Source: Hyphomicrobiales bacterium (lineage in GTDB: Bacteria; Desulfobacterota; Desulfobacteria; Desulfobacterales; SpSt-501). Taken from it: a stretch of 46,490 nucleotides of DNA. Shown in pieces: positions 27,204-35,914 of this stretch. The stretch lies in the NCBI GenBank assembly GCA_050257775.1, contig JBLMXM010000027.1, positions 1 to 46,490 on the forward strand, read 5' to 3'. Both the position numbers and the translations under genes were made by a program. The first letter of the stretch is position 1. Every line of letters starts with the position of its first letter. A model generated the notes under the pieces. The model was not told the DNA's origin, made no database searches, and saw nothing but the letters and a program-made list of their open reading frames with translations.

Positions 27204-28403
27204 ATGGAAAACCGTTGGATCATTCTCGCGATTTTGTTCACAGTCCGAACCGTGATGGGTATTCAATTTCAGTCGGTCGCATCCGTTTCCCCTTTTCTAA
27301 TAAGGGATTTGGAAATCGACTACACACGAATTGGTGTACTTATCGGATTGTATCATTTGCCGGGGGTCTTTCTTGCATTTCCTGGGGGACTCTTGGGAAA
27401 CCGTTTTGGTGATAAGCGGGTAGTCATGAGTTCCTTAGTGCTGATGGCAATCGGTGGTCTTATAATGGGTACGAGCGATTCGTACACCCTATCTGTGACC
27501 GGGCGTTTGCTGAGTGGATTTGGGGGCATTCTTCTTAATGTACTGCTGGCCAAAATTATCGCAGATTGGTTTGCCGGAAAAGAAATAATCACCGCTATGG
27601 CGATTCTGGTCAGCAGCTGGCCTTTCGGCATAAGTCTTGGGCTCGTTTCTTTGGGAAAGTTGGCAACTGTTCTGTCTTGGCAGTTTGTAATGTATCTAAC
27701 GGCAGCAATCTGTTTTATTTCACTTGCACTCGTGGCCGTTCTTTATCGAACGCCGCCGAGCGTACGTGAAAATAATAAGACCAAGCCCCCAAGGGCAAAG
27801 TTGTCTGAACATGAGTTTTGTTTGGTGATATTGGCAGGCCTCATCTGGATGTTATTCAATGTCGGCTTTATCGTTTTACCCAGTTTTGGACCGGATCTGC
27901 TCACATCGATTGGATATGCCGTCACTGCCACGGGTTCGATTGTAAGCATGGTCACCTGGATCAGCATTTTTTCAGTTCAGCTTGGTGGATACATCTCAGA
28001 GAAAATTAGCCATCCGAATATTATTTTAATAACCTGTTTTGTAGGGATATTTTTAGCGATGCTGATATTGCCCTATTGCCCTTATTCAATCGCATTATTT
28101 GTCTGGCTTGGTTTTATTTTTGGTCCCCCCGCCGGTATTATTATGGCTCTTCCAGCAGAAGTTTTGCATCCGGAAAATAGAGCAGCCGGCATGGGAGTAT
28201 TTTACACTTGTTATTACGGCGGCATGATGGCAATGACTTCACTTGCCGGTTATTCACGAGACCTGACGCAGAACGCAGCCGCACCCCTTTTATTCGGGGG
28301 GATGTGTCTAATAATAGCCATTGTTGTACTTGTAGTATTCCGTACAATTCAGATCCGAGTCAAGCTTAATATTCTCAAAACAGAAATTGAACGTGGAACA
28401 TAA
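27204..28403 (+). CDS. MFS transporter
   Basis: About 12 hydrophobic segments, with an MFS loop GGLLGNRFGDKRV after TM2. Start placed at ATG 27204 (MENRWIILAILF...) rather than the track's TTG 27033, because the first 57 track residues look non-membrane and unnatural. The start remains uncertain and no clear RBS is present. Confidence 0.8.
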   Translation: MENRWIILAILFTVRTVMGIQFQSVASVSPFLIRDLEIDYTRIGVLIGLYHLPGVFLAFPGGLLGNRFGDKRVVMSSLVLMAIGGLIMGTSDSYTLSVTGRLLSGFGGILLNVLLAKIIADWFAGKEIITAMAILVSSWPFGISLGLVSLGKLATVLSWQFVMYLTAAICFISLALVAVLYRTPPSVRENNKTKPPRAKLSEHEFCLVILAGLIWMLFNVGFIVLPSFGPDLLTSIGYAVTATGSIVSMVTWISIFSVQLGGYISEKISHPNIILITCFVGIFLAMLILPYCPYSIALFVWLGFIFGPPAGIIMALPAEVLHPENRAAGMGVFYTCYYGGMMAMTSLAGYSRDLTQNAAAPLLFGGMCLIIAIVVLVVFRTIQIRVKLNILKTEIERGT

Positions 28404-28507
28404 TCATTTCTTAGTCTTCACTTATGGTGACGATCGAATTACTTAAGAAATAGAGACTGAAAAACATGTGTTACTGATGATAGACAGGTAGAAATCGACG
28501 GTGGCAG

Positions 28508-28735
28508 AAGTTACCGATATAGACAGGGCAAGGCGCATAGTCACAGATTACCGTCATGCCGGTGATTTCATCCGACGTATCATCAAGCCACCCACTTTGT
28601 GTTATGCTGTACTGTCACCGGGTAATATTTCCATCCACTGATCGGGATTTCCATTCCCTACCTATCCTTCCACCACAATAGAGATCAATCCCATCCTAAT
28701 CCGCATCTGACCGGTATGAGCGTCTTAATCGAGGT
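28508..28735 (+). repeat. Copy C of the dispersed non-coding element
   Basis: See copies A and B. It is co-linear with A (same 61-nt spacing between AAGTTAC and CATCCGACG) and with B (hairpin region plus downstream blocks CCCTACCT, ATCCCATCCTAATCCGCATC, GTCTTAATCGAGG). Confidence 0.6.
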
Positions 28736-29078
28736 AATATAACCATGACCAAAAACGGTTAAATTTCAATCGAAGCCTAATTTTCAGACCCTTGTTAGAA
28801 ATCCCGCCAAGCAACAATAGTGCAGGCCTTGAAATGATACTTCGATACTCGGAGCTTGACTGTCAAATTGACCTTGGCGTTATCAAATTGTTTTTACGTG
28901 AAATAATAGCTACCAAATTAGCTAATACTTATTTACATAATTATCATCTGTTAGCGTATCCATTTGTAATCACTTACATAATTAAAATTACAAAAAGTAA
29001 AAAACATTGACTTTTCTTGCGTATCAATAGAATACTGCAGGTGATTTTACTAAAATTCTCAGTTAATAGGAGGGCTAA

Positions 29079-29450
29079 ATGAGAGAGGCAAAGTTGATTT
29101 CGTCGTGTCTGTTGATTGTTGTTGTGGCGGCATTGTTTATTACGGGTTGTGGAGGTTCGGACGGTATTGATATGTCTAACCTCAGCGGCGCATGGCAGAA
29201 CCCATCGACGAAGCAAAGAGTTAGTATTAATTTTAGCAATGATAAAACTACAATCGTTATCGGCGACAAGACCCTGCCGGTCACAATGAAACCACTCACG
29301 TCTGATAGCTATACCCTTCGCGTTTCGGATGCAAACCTTGGGGAGAAGGAGTGGAAACTTTCCAGGGTCTGGGACGACAATGGGAAGTCTTTCACGCTGA
29401 AGTTCGAGCACGACGGCGAGACAGAAAATTTAGAGCGCGTAAAGATCTAA
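29079..29450 (+). CDS. Small lipoprotein, function unknown (123 aa)
   Basis: RBS TAGGAGGG and a lipobox LFITGC within MREAKLISSCLLIVVVAALFITGCGG. No family recognised. Confidence 0.7.
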   Translation: MREAKLISSCLLIVVVAALFITGCGGSDGIDMSNLSGAWQNPSTKQRVSINFSNDKTTIVIGDKTLPVTMKPLTSDSYTLRVSDANLGEKEWKLSRVWDDNGKSFTLKFEHDGETENLERVKI

Positions 29451-29480
29451 TCCTCCAAGCTCCTGACATCGCTTGAGGCA

Positions 29481-29520
29481 ACATCAAGGACCGGGCCGAT
29501 ATGCTCGGTCCTCGATGTTA
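29481..29520 (+). terminator. Hairpin 30 nt downstream of the lipoprotein gene (no T-tract)
   Basis: AACATC-A-AGGACCG-(12 nt)-CGGTCCT-C-GATGTT. Without a U-tract its terminator function is uncertain. Confidence 0.3.
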
Positions 29521-29592
29521 GGTGACCGGCTTTTGGGTGAAATTCCCAGATCTGACCAAGGTTTCTGGTTCCCAAACGCCATCTATCACCGA

Positions 29593-29649
29593 AAAAAATT
29601 AGGAAGGCTTTATGGCAATACTGCCTACTTTTTAATTTTCATCCTTCCT
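29593..29649 (-). terminator. Hairpin plus T-tract on the minus strand, possible pxpCBA terminator
   Basis: Minus strand reads GGAAGG-(34 nt, containing the GGCAgtatTGCC mini-hairpin)-CCTTCC-TAATTTTTTTCGG, about 100 nt downstream of the pxpC stop. Confidence 0.4.
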
Positions 29650-29749
29650 ACGGCAAGCGATATCCCACTGAAATTGCAACCCGGCTCGTATTAGGTATAT
29701 CGTGATCTGATCGATAATAGATTGCCGCTCAGAAGAGTCTGGGTATCAT

Positions 29750-30709
29750 TCATTCCAAACTTCGTTTAAACTTGGCTAATTTGTCCTCCATCTCCCGTAG
29801 CGCCTGAACGGCGGCCTCCAGCGAAACAGCCTCAAAGGACGCCGAGTCCCCGGGGGTGACTTGGCCGAGCAGCGACAGGTCGGCCGATATCACTGTGGCA
29901 ATTTTGCGGTAGCCACCTGAGGCGGTTTCGCCCAGAATGATGATGGGCTGCCCGTCTCCCGGCACCTGGATCGCGCCGGGAAGGATACCCTCCGAGATGA
30001 TCGACTCCTCGACTCCCGGCCGCCGGTCTACGACGGGCCCCTTGAGGCGGATGCCAGTGCGGTCTGAATCCGGAGAGACCGTGAAGGCGGCGGTGACGAA
30101 GGAATGTTTGCCTTCCTCGGAAAAGTGGTCGTCCTGCGGGCCCCAGACCACCCTCAGGCGCCAAGGTGACGCGTAAACCGGCACGAGTTCGGGCGCAATG
30201 CTTCTTCCAGTGTAGCAGGCAATATCCGCGGTTGAATCAACGCCTAGGATGTCCCCCTTGCGCAGCATACGCCCCTCGAAGCCCCCAAATCCCGAAGCCA
30301 GGTTGGTGGACCGGCTCCCCATCACCACTGGTACATGGATGCCGCCGGCAACGGCGATATACGCGCGCAATCCGCTTGACGGGCCTGAAAAGGCGATGAT
30401 CTCTCCTTCGCGGACGAGATGCGACCGCCACATGGCCAGGCGCTCGCCGGCCCTCCGCGGCTGCAGGTCGCCGCCGGTCACGGCGACGACGCCATCGCGT
30501 AGGACCTTCAGCCGCAAGCCCATGAGGGTTGTTTCCAGCACGGCTGCATGTTCATCATTCCCCACCAATAGGTTCCCCACCCGCACAGCGAAGGCGTCGA
30601 GGGCCCCGCTCGGTGCAACCCCATAGCGGGCGTACCCGAACCGGCCGAGGTCCTGCACGGTGCTCAGGATTCCGGGAGAAAGCACTTCGAACGTGTTCAC
30701 GTCCGCCAT
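29750..30709 (-). CDS. pxpC: 5-oxoprolinase subunit PxpC (KipA / allophanate hydrolase subunit 2 family)
   Basis: SPGILSTVQDLGRFGYARYGVAPSGALD and GAIQVPGDGQPIILGETASGGY motifs, plus operon context with pxpB and pxpA. Confidence 0.88.
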   Translation of the reverse strand: MADVNTFEVLSPGILSTVQDLGRFGYARYGVAPSGALDAFAVRVGNLLVGNDEHAAVLETTLMGLRLKVLRDGVVAVTGGDLQPRRAGERLAMWRSHLVREGEIIAFSGPSSGLRAYIAVAGGIHVPVVMGSRSTNLASGFGGFEGRMLRKGDILGVDSTADIACYTGRSIAPELVPVYASPWRLRVVWGPQDDHFSEEGKHSFVTAAFTVSPDSDRTGIRLKGPVVDRRPGVEESIISEGILPGAIQVPGDGQPIIILGETASGGYRKIATVISADLSLLGQVTPGDSASFEAVSLEAAVQALREMEDKLAKFKRSLE

Positions 30710-30712
30710 CGG

Positions 30713-31381
30713 TCATATCTCCACTTGGCACACGGCTTCAAATTTAACCCGGTCGCCCATCTCCAGCAGGGATGGCAGCTTACGGTTGGGATCGAATAGC
30801 TCGATGGGGGTCCATCCGATGATTTGCCACCCGCCGGGGCTCTCCACCGGGTATATCCCCGTCTGGCGCTGAGCGATGCCTACCGACCCCTTGGGAACCC
30901 GCGTGCGCGGCGTTCCCCGGCGTGGAATGGCCAGTGCCGCCTGCAGCTCACCCATGTAAGGGTATCCCGGCGTAAAGCCGATCATGTAAACGCGGTAAAC
31001 GGTTTCGGTGTGAAGCCGGATCACTTCCTCGGTGGAGATGCCGAGATGGCCGGAGACCCACTCCAGGTCCGGCCCGTAATCCCCGCCGTAAAATACAGGA
31101 ATGGTTACCGATTTAGCCTGCGGAAGGCCGGATGAACCGGACTGGGCAGCTACGTTCGCGATGCGCATCTGCAAGACCGCGGGCGAAATCGCCATGGGAT
31201 CAAAGACGACGAGCAGAGAGCGGTAGCCGGGAGCGAATTCGCGCACCCCTGGCAGATGGGCCTGCTCGAGCTGCCGCATGAGTTCCTGCACGCGGCGGTT
31301 GACCTCCGGCGATATCGTCTCGCCGAGCTCGACGAGAAGGCTGCGGTCGCCCATGACGCGAAATACAGGTGCGGTCTTCAT
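30713..31381 (-). CDS. pxpB: 5-oxoprolinase subunit PxpB (KipI / allophanate hydrolase subunit 1 family)
   Basis: GFTPGYPYMGEL...GSVGIAQRQTGIYPVESPGGWQIIG is a characteristic cyclophilin-like domain motif. Confidence 0.88.
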   Translation of the reverse strand: MKTAPVFRVMGDRSLLVELGETISPEVNRRVQELMRQLEQAHLPGVREFAPGYRSLLVVFDPMAISPAVLQMRIANVAAQSGSSGLPQAKSVTIPVFYGGDYGPDLEWVSGHLGISTEEVIRLHTETVYRVYMIGFTPGYPYMGELQAALAIPRRGTPRTRVPKGSVGIAQRQTGIYPVESPGGWQIIGWTPIELFDPNRKLPSLLEMGDRVKFEAVCQVEI

Positions 31382-31392
31382 CCCCCCCCGCC

Positions 31393-32175
31393 CTACATAA
31401 AGGCTGCCGCCGGTTTGACGGCGACACCGGCTGCATCAAGTGTTTCCCGGATTTTATTCACCAGCGCCAGGGCCTTGGGGTTGTCGCCGTGGACGCAGAT
31501 GGTCTCGGCCTTCAGCTCGATTTCGGAACCCTCGATGGTTTTGACCTTCCCCTCTTTAACCAGTTTCAGCACCTTGGCTGCCGCCACGTCGTTGTCGTGG
31601 ATAACGGCACCGGGGAGCTTGCGGGAAACCAGCGACCCGTCCGTGTTGTAGGCGCGGTCGGCAAAAAACTCGAAGGCTATGCGGATGCCGCGTCGCTGGC
31701 CGACCGCCTCCAGATCCGTGCGGTCGGAGCCGGCAAGCACAAAGAGGATCAAATGCTCATCTATCCGGGTCATCACCTCTGCTATCGCATCCCAGATGGC
31801 AGGGTTCTTGACGGCCATGTTGTAAAGCGCGCCGTGGGGCTTGACGTGCTGCAGCCGACCGCCCTGCATTCCGGCGACCGCCTGAAGCGCACCGATCTGG
31901 TAGGTGACGAAGTCCTTGATCTCCTCCAGGGTTACGTCCATGTTCCTGCGGCCGAATCCGACCAGATCGGGCAGTCCCGGGTGCGCCCCCAGGCCGACGC
32001 CGTGCTTGCGCGCCAACGCGACGGTCTGTCGCATGACGGCCGGATCCCCGGCGTGGAACCCGCAGGCGATATTGGCCGAAGTGATCAGAGGAATCACTTG
32101 TTCATCCATGCCGAGCTTATAGTTGCCGAAACTTTCGCCTACGTCCGAATTGAGATCAATGGCATTCAGAGGCAT
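31393..32175 (-). CDS. pxpA: 5-oxoprolinase subunit PxpA (LamB/YcsF family)
   Basis: IDLNSDVGESFG...SANIACGFHAGDP...VKPHGALYN are canonical LamB/YcsF motifs. Confidence 0.9.
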   Translation of the reverse strand: MPLNAIDLNSDVGESFGNYKLGMDEQVIPLITSANIACGFHAGDPAVMRQTVALARKHGVGLGAHPGLPDLVGFGRRNMDVTLEEIKDFVTYQIGALQAVAGMQGGRLQHVKPHGALYNMAVKNPAIWDAIAEVMTRIDEHLILFVLAGSDRTDLEAVGQRRGIRIAFEFFADRAYNTDGSLVSRKLPGAVIHDNDVAAAKVLKLVKEGKVKTIEGSEIELKAETICVHGDNPKALALVNKIRETLDAAGVAVKPAAAFM

Positions 32176-32324
32176 GATCGTCTTCTCCGTGTGGTTAGGA
32201 GGGATTTATGATGCTCAGGTCTATCCAATCTTAGGTGCGTTCATAGAGTTTCTCGGGCCAGTCGACCGAAAGGATGGCGAAGATTCTGGCAGCGCGGCTT
32301 AATCGGTGCTGCCAGAATTTAGCG

Positions 32325-32357
32325 AAAAAAAAGGGAACGGGCAAGACGCCTGTTCCC
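32325..32357 (-). terminator. Rho-independent terminator of rplM-rpsI
   Basis: Minus strand reads GGGAACAGGC-GTCTT-GCCCGTTCCC followed by TTTTTTTT, about 30 nt after the rpsI stop. Confidence 0.8.
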
Positions 32358-32387
32358 TTGAGTTCCATTCTTAAGTCGACTGATCGA

Positions 32388-32783
32388 TTAACGCTTTGAG
32401 AACTGGAACCGAGCTCGGGCGGAGCGCTGCCCGTATTTCTTGCGTTCTTTGACCCGCGGGTCGCGCTTCACAAAGCCGGCCTTTTTCAAGGTGGTCCGCA
32501 GGTCGGGATTGGCGGCGATCAGGGCCCGGGTGATGCCGTGGCGGATAGCGGCGGCCTGGCCGACCGGTCCACCGCCCTGGACCGTCGCCTTGATGTCGAA
32601 GGCACCGCTCGTGTTCGTCAGCTTCAGGGGCTGGACGAGTTCCAGCCGCGTCGTTTCCAGCGGGAAGTATTCCTCCACCGGAAGGTTGTTAACAACGATG
32701 GCGCCGGTTCCCGGCGTAAGCCAAGTCCGGGCGATGGAAGACTTGCGCTTCCCTGTGGCATAAAATAAAGTCTTATTTTCCAT
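32388..32783 (-). CDS. rpsI: 30S ribosomal protein S9
   Basis: [15 protein letters not shown]...[19 protein letters not shown]...[24 protein letters not shown]. Confidence 0.97.
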   Translation of the reverse strand: MENKTLFYATGKRKSSIARTWLTPGTGAIVVNNLPVEEYFPLETTRLELVQPLKLTNTSGAFDIKATVQGGGPVGQAAAIRHGITRALIAANPDLRTTLKKAGFVKRDPRVKERKKYGQRSARARFQFSKR

Positions 32784-32808
32784 CCAGTTCCTCGAAGCTC
32801 AATAAAAT

Positions 32809-33243
32809 TTAGAATTTGAGGGGTTCGGGTTTTTGGGCCTGATGGGGGTGATGGCTGCCCTTGTAAACCTTGAGTTTCGTGTAAAGTTGGCTGCCGAGCT
32901 TGTTCTTGGGCAGCATGCCTTTCACGGCCCTGCGGACCAACTCTTCCGGCCGCTTTTCCATGAGTTCCCTGGCGCTGGTGGTCTTCAGCCCGCCGATGTA
33001 GCCTGTGTGCCGCTGATACACCTTCTGCACCCATTTCTTTCCGGTGAGCCTGACCTTGTCGGCGTTGATGACAATCACGAAATCGCCGGTGTCCACATGC
33101 GGAGTGAAGAGCGGGTTGTGTTTGCCCCTCAGCCGCGCCGCCACGGTTGACGCCAGCCGTCCGAGAATGGCATCGCTGGCGTCCACGATATACCATTTGC
33201 CCTGAACATCGGCAGCCTTGGCACTGTAGGTGTATTTCTTCAC
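32809..33243 (-). CDS. rplM: 50S ribosomal protein L13
   Basis: [46 protein letters not shown]... Confidence 0.97.
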   Translation of the reverse strand: MKKYTYSAKAADVQGKWYIVDASDAILGRLASTVAARLRGKHNPLFTPHVDTGDFVIVINADKVRLTGKKWVQKVYQRHTGYIGGLKTTSARELMEKRPEELVRRAVKGMLPKNKLGSQLYTKLKVYKGSHHPHQAQKPEPLKF

Positions 33244-33442
33244 GATCCGGGCTCCTGTACCTTCAGAATCGCATATATTTATTCAATAATTCAGATCGTG
33301 TCAAGAAAAAATGTAAAAAAGGAGTCCTTTACATCCGGCCCAGATTGAGCGATGTAGTCAAGCACAACCCAGACCCCCTAAGGCCTTGCCGCAAGCCTCA
33401 AGAAAAGTATCGTTCAGACTGGGTGGCAGCGAGTATAAATAC

Positions 33443-34069
33443 ATGCTTCCGATTGAAACCGAAGTTAAATTCCATCTGACCGACCCTTCCGCCGTGCGCA
33501 CACAGCTTTTGGCGTGGGGGGCCCGCAGCACGGGACGCAGCCTTGAGCGCAATATCCGCTTTGAAGATGCCGCCAAGAACCTGATACGCCGCAAATCGCT
33601 GCTGCGCTTGCGCGAGGATCGAAGGGTCACGCTGGCCTTCAAGTCGGTGCTACCCGAGGCCGACCCGGCTTTCAAGCAGCTCATCGAATTGGAAGTGGAG
33701 GTCGCGGATTTCGGTGCCATGCAACGTATCCTCGCCTCGCTCGGCTACCATCCGGAGCAGGCCTATGAAAAGTGGCGCGAAACCCTCACCCTGGATCAAA
33801 CCGCCTATTGCCTGGATACCCTGCCCTTCGGCGATTTTCTGGAAATAGAGGGCTCCAAAGAGGCCATCCTATCTGCCGCCAAACGCCTGGGTCTCGACTG
33901 GGACAAACGGATTTTGCTGAATTATCTGGAAATCTTCGACGTCATCCGCAACCGCGAAAGCCTGCCGTTTGAGGATGTCACCTTCAGCAATTTCGCTGCC
34001 AGGCCGGTTCACGTCGGCACGATGCTGCACCTGCTGGTAGCCGGTGCGCCTCAACCTCCCGACGGCTGA
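33443..34069 (+). CDS. CYTH-domain protein (class IV adenylate cyclase / triphosphatase family)
   Basis: Start set at ATG 33443 so the protein begins MLPIETEVKF (the ExExK CYTH signature). LRLRED...LAFK and IELEVEV strands follow. Confidence 0.75.
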   Translation: MLPIETEVKFHLTDPSAVRTQLLAWGARSTGRSLERNIRFEDAAKNLIRRKSLLRLREDRRVTLAFKSVLPEADPAFKQLIELEVEVADFGAMQRILASLGYHPEQAYEKWRETLTLDQTAYCLDTLPFGDFLEIEGSKEAILSAAKRLGLDWDKRILLNYLEIFDVIRNRESLPFEDVTFSNFAARPVHVGTMLHLLVAGAPQPPDG

Positions 34070-34929
34070 AGGTGAACGGCGTAGTCCCTTGCCAGCAGCA
34101 GTTGCCCATCATGCGAAAATACATACACCACGGCCGTGGTAAACGTGGGAAACGACTTGGGGGCAGGCATGGATTGGGAAAACGCCTTGGAATAGCTGAT
34201 GGAAAACGTGTATCCCTTCTGAGTTCCGGATGGCCGGCCTCTGGGCAGGTCGACCCGCGGCATGGCCAGCCACAACTCGGGATCGAGATCCTCCCCCTTA
34301 AAAACGATGATGACATGGCCGGCGAGCGGCTTGCGGCCCGGATTGGCGGCGATCAGCTTGTATTGAACGTCGAACGCGTTGCGGCCCGCATCAAATTTGG
34401 CACGAAATCCTTCTAGCGCGACCGCGTCACCTTTATCTACCGGGGGCTTGGCCTGTAAGTCGGAAGACGCTCGTTCTAGGTCCTTATCCGCGTCTGCCGT
34501 GCCGGCCACCGGCTTCGAGCCGGATCGATCCATGGCGGTTTGCGGGGCGGCCGGCGTCGATTTTCGATCGGCTGCCGGCCGACCGGCCTCGGCCAGCGCC
34601 TCTCTCATTTTTGTTTCAACCAGCACCACCTGCGCGGTGAGCAAGTCGCGCTCCTGTCGCAGCGCCTGAATCTGCTTCTGAGAAGATTCCAAGCGCTGCT
34701 GAAGCTCACGGGCTCGGTTATGCAGGCCTTGATTGACGCTCACCAGGACGACTACCGTGGCCAGAGCCGTCACCAACGAGGCGATCGTCAGAATAGCCAG
34801 GGTCTTGACCCGCTTGAAGGCGATGACTTTGCCATGATCGCCGATAAAAAGCACTGTCCAGCGCCGGTCCGCAGCGTGCGCCGGTTGTTCCACACCGTGG
34901 TCTTCCTCATTTCCAGATCGAGTGCTCAT
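34051..34929 (-). CDS. Membrane-anchored hypothetical protein (TM, coiled coil, low-complexity linker, ~130-aa C-terminal domain)
   Basis: Start set at ATG 34927-34929 (ATGA overlap with the upstream DUF62 stop). TM helix LAILTIASLVTALATVVVLV. Coiled coil RELQQRLESSQKQIQALRQERDLL. No family recognised. Confidence 0.65.
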   Translation of the reverse strand: MSTRSGNEEDHGVEQPAHAADRRWTVLFIGDHGKVIAFKRVKTLAILTIASLVTALATVVVLVSVNQGLHNRARELQQRLESSQKQIQALRQERDLLTAQVVLVETKMREALAEAGRPAADRKSTPAAPQTAMDRSGSKPVAGTADADKDLERASSDLQAKPPVDKGDAVALEGFRAKFDAGRNAFDVQYKLIAANPGRKPLAGHVIIVFKGEDLDPELWLAMPRVDLPRGRPSGTQKGYTFSISYSKAFSQSMPAPKSFPTFTTAVVYVFSHDGQLLLARDYAVHLQPSGG

Positions 34930-35732
34930 TCGACCGTCCACAGATTCACGCCATCCCCCGGGCGGATGCCGAGGTAGTGTTGCGCATTGCCGCCGTTAAC
35001 GGCGATTTCGAGATAACCGCGACTCCCAATTAGTGCCAGCGGCCGACCGGTTTCCCCATCCCCGTAAGTCGCACTGAGACCGGTGATCACCTGCCCACCA
35101 ATCCGCACCGCCAGGGCTCGTCCCGCAGATACTGTTTCCACTTTCCGAATTGCGGCCTGGTGCACGTTGGTAACCAGGTTTCCGAACCGATCGATGTGCA
35201 CGACCCGCCCCGTCACTCGGCCGTCGTCGGATGGCTGGGCACGGAGATCGGTCAGCACTGTCACGGCGTTGGGGTTGACCTCCGGTCCCACCTCGCGGAC
35301 GTCCGCTCCCCGGGATAGGTGAGCGGCGGCCGGCGCCATGATGTCCCGGCCATGAAAGGTCGGACTGACAAAGGGCCGACGCCAGGCCGGATTGTCCAAA
35401 CGCCTCAGCAGTATCTCCGGCGGCCGGCCCATTACCAGGGACAGCACGCCGTTGTCCGGGGCAATGAAGCGATGCGTGTGCGCCTCCAAATAGAGCAGCG
35501 CCCGGGATGTCCCCACCCCGGGATCCACGACCACAAGATGAATGCTGCCCGGCGAGAAGTATCCATAGGCGGATTCCAGCATGAATGCGGCCTGGGCGAT
35601 GTCCCCAGGGGTTATATTATGGCTGACATCGACAATCACTGTCGCCGGATCAATCCCCAGAATGACGGCCTTCATGAGCCCGACATACTCGTCCTCAACC
35701 CCGAAGTCAGTGATGAGACTGATAATCGCCAT
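34926..35732 (-). CDS. SAM hydrolase / SAM-dependent halogenase family protein (DUF62, SAM hydroxide adenosyltransferase-like)
   Basis: Start set at ATG 35730-35732 (MAIISLITDFG...). ITDFGVEDEYVGLMKAVI and HLVVVDPGVGTSR are family signatures. Confidence 0.85.
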   Translation of the reverse strand: MAIISLITDFGVEDEYVGLMKAVILGIDPATVIVDVSHNITPGDIAQAAFMLESAYGYFSPGSIHLVVVDPGVGTSRALLYLEAHTHRFIAPDNGVLSLVMGRPPEILLRRLDNPAWRRPFVSPTFHGRDIMAPAAAHLSRGADVREVGPEVNPNAVTVLTDLRAQPSDDGRVTGRVVHIDRFGNLVTNVHQAAIRKVETVSAGRALAVRIGGQVITGLSATYGDGETGRPLALIGSRGYLEIAVNGGNAQHYLGIRPGDGVNLWTVE

Positions 35733-35914
35733 GGCACGCTGACAGCTTCTGAATGAAGTCTGTGATCGGAATAAACGCCGTACTCTTGGGAGAAAGCGTC
35801 GCCCAAGGGCCAAGTTCAAGGCGCGCGAGCCCCGCGGAACGAGGCGTATTTACCGTATGCCGCAGTGACGGCGAGGCGAAGCGCAACACCGAAATTGGTC
35901 CTTCGACGACGCCT

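Noticed and set aside
25715-28735. Integron cassette / attC interpretation of the dispersed element
   Set aside because: There is no integrase in the window. I could not find the RYYYAAC...GTTRRRY core pairs at the element ends. The genes next to the copies have their own promoter-like sequences and long 5' spacers.
28974-29411. 145-aa ORF (-)
   Set aside because: It is antisense to the small lipoprotein gene, which has a strong RBS and a lipobox. It starts in AT-rich DNA and has no motifs.
31369-32211. 280-aa ORF on the plus strand. The same argument applies to 10746..11519, 41495..42406, 42716..43711, 17454..18092 and 19576..20187
   Set aside because: Each lies antisense to a confidently identified gene (pxpA, the retropepsin-like protease, tolA, tolQ/tolR, and the ABC ATPase / M24 peptidase genes). 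None shows a recognisable domain or an RBS.
32284-32318. 10-bp perfect hairpin TTCTGGCAGC...GCTGCCAGAA between the rpsI terminator and the pxpA start
   Set aside because: It has no U-tract on either strand and no clear functional context. It may merely reinforce termination or be a leader structure, so it is not called as a feature.
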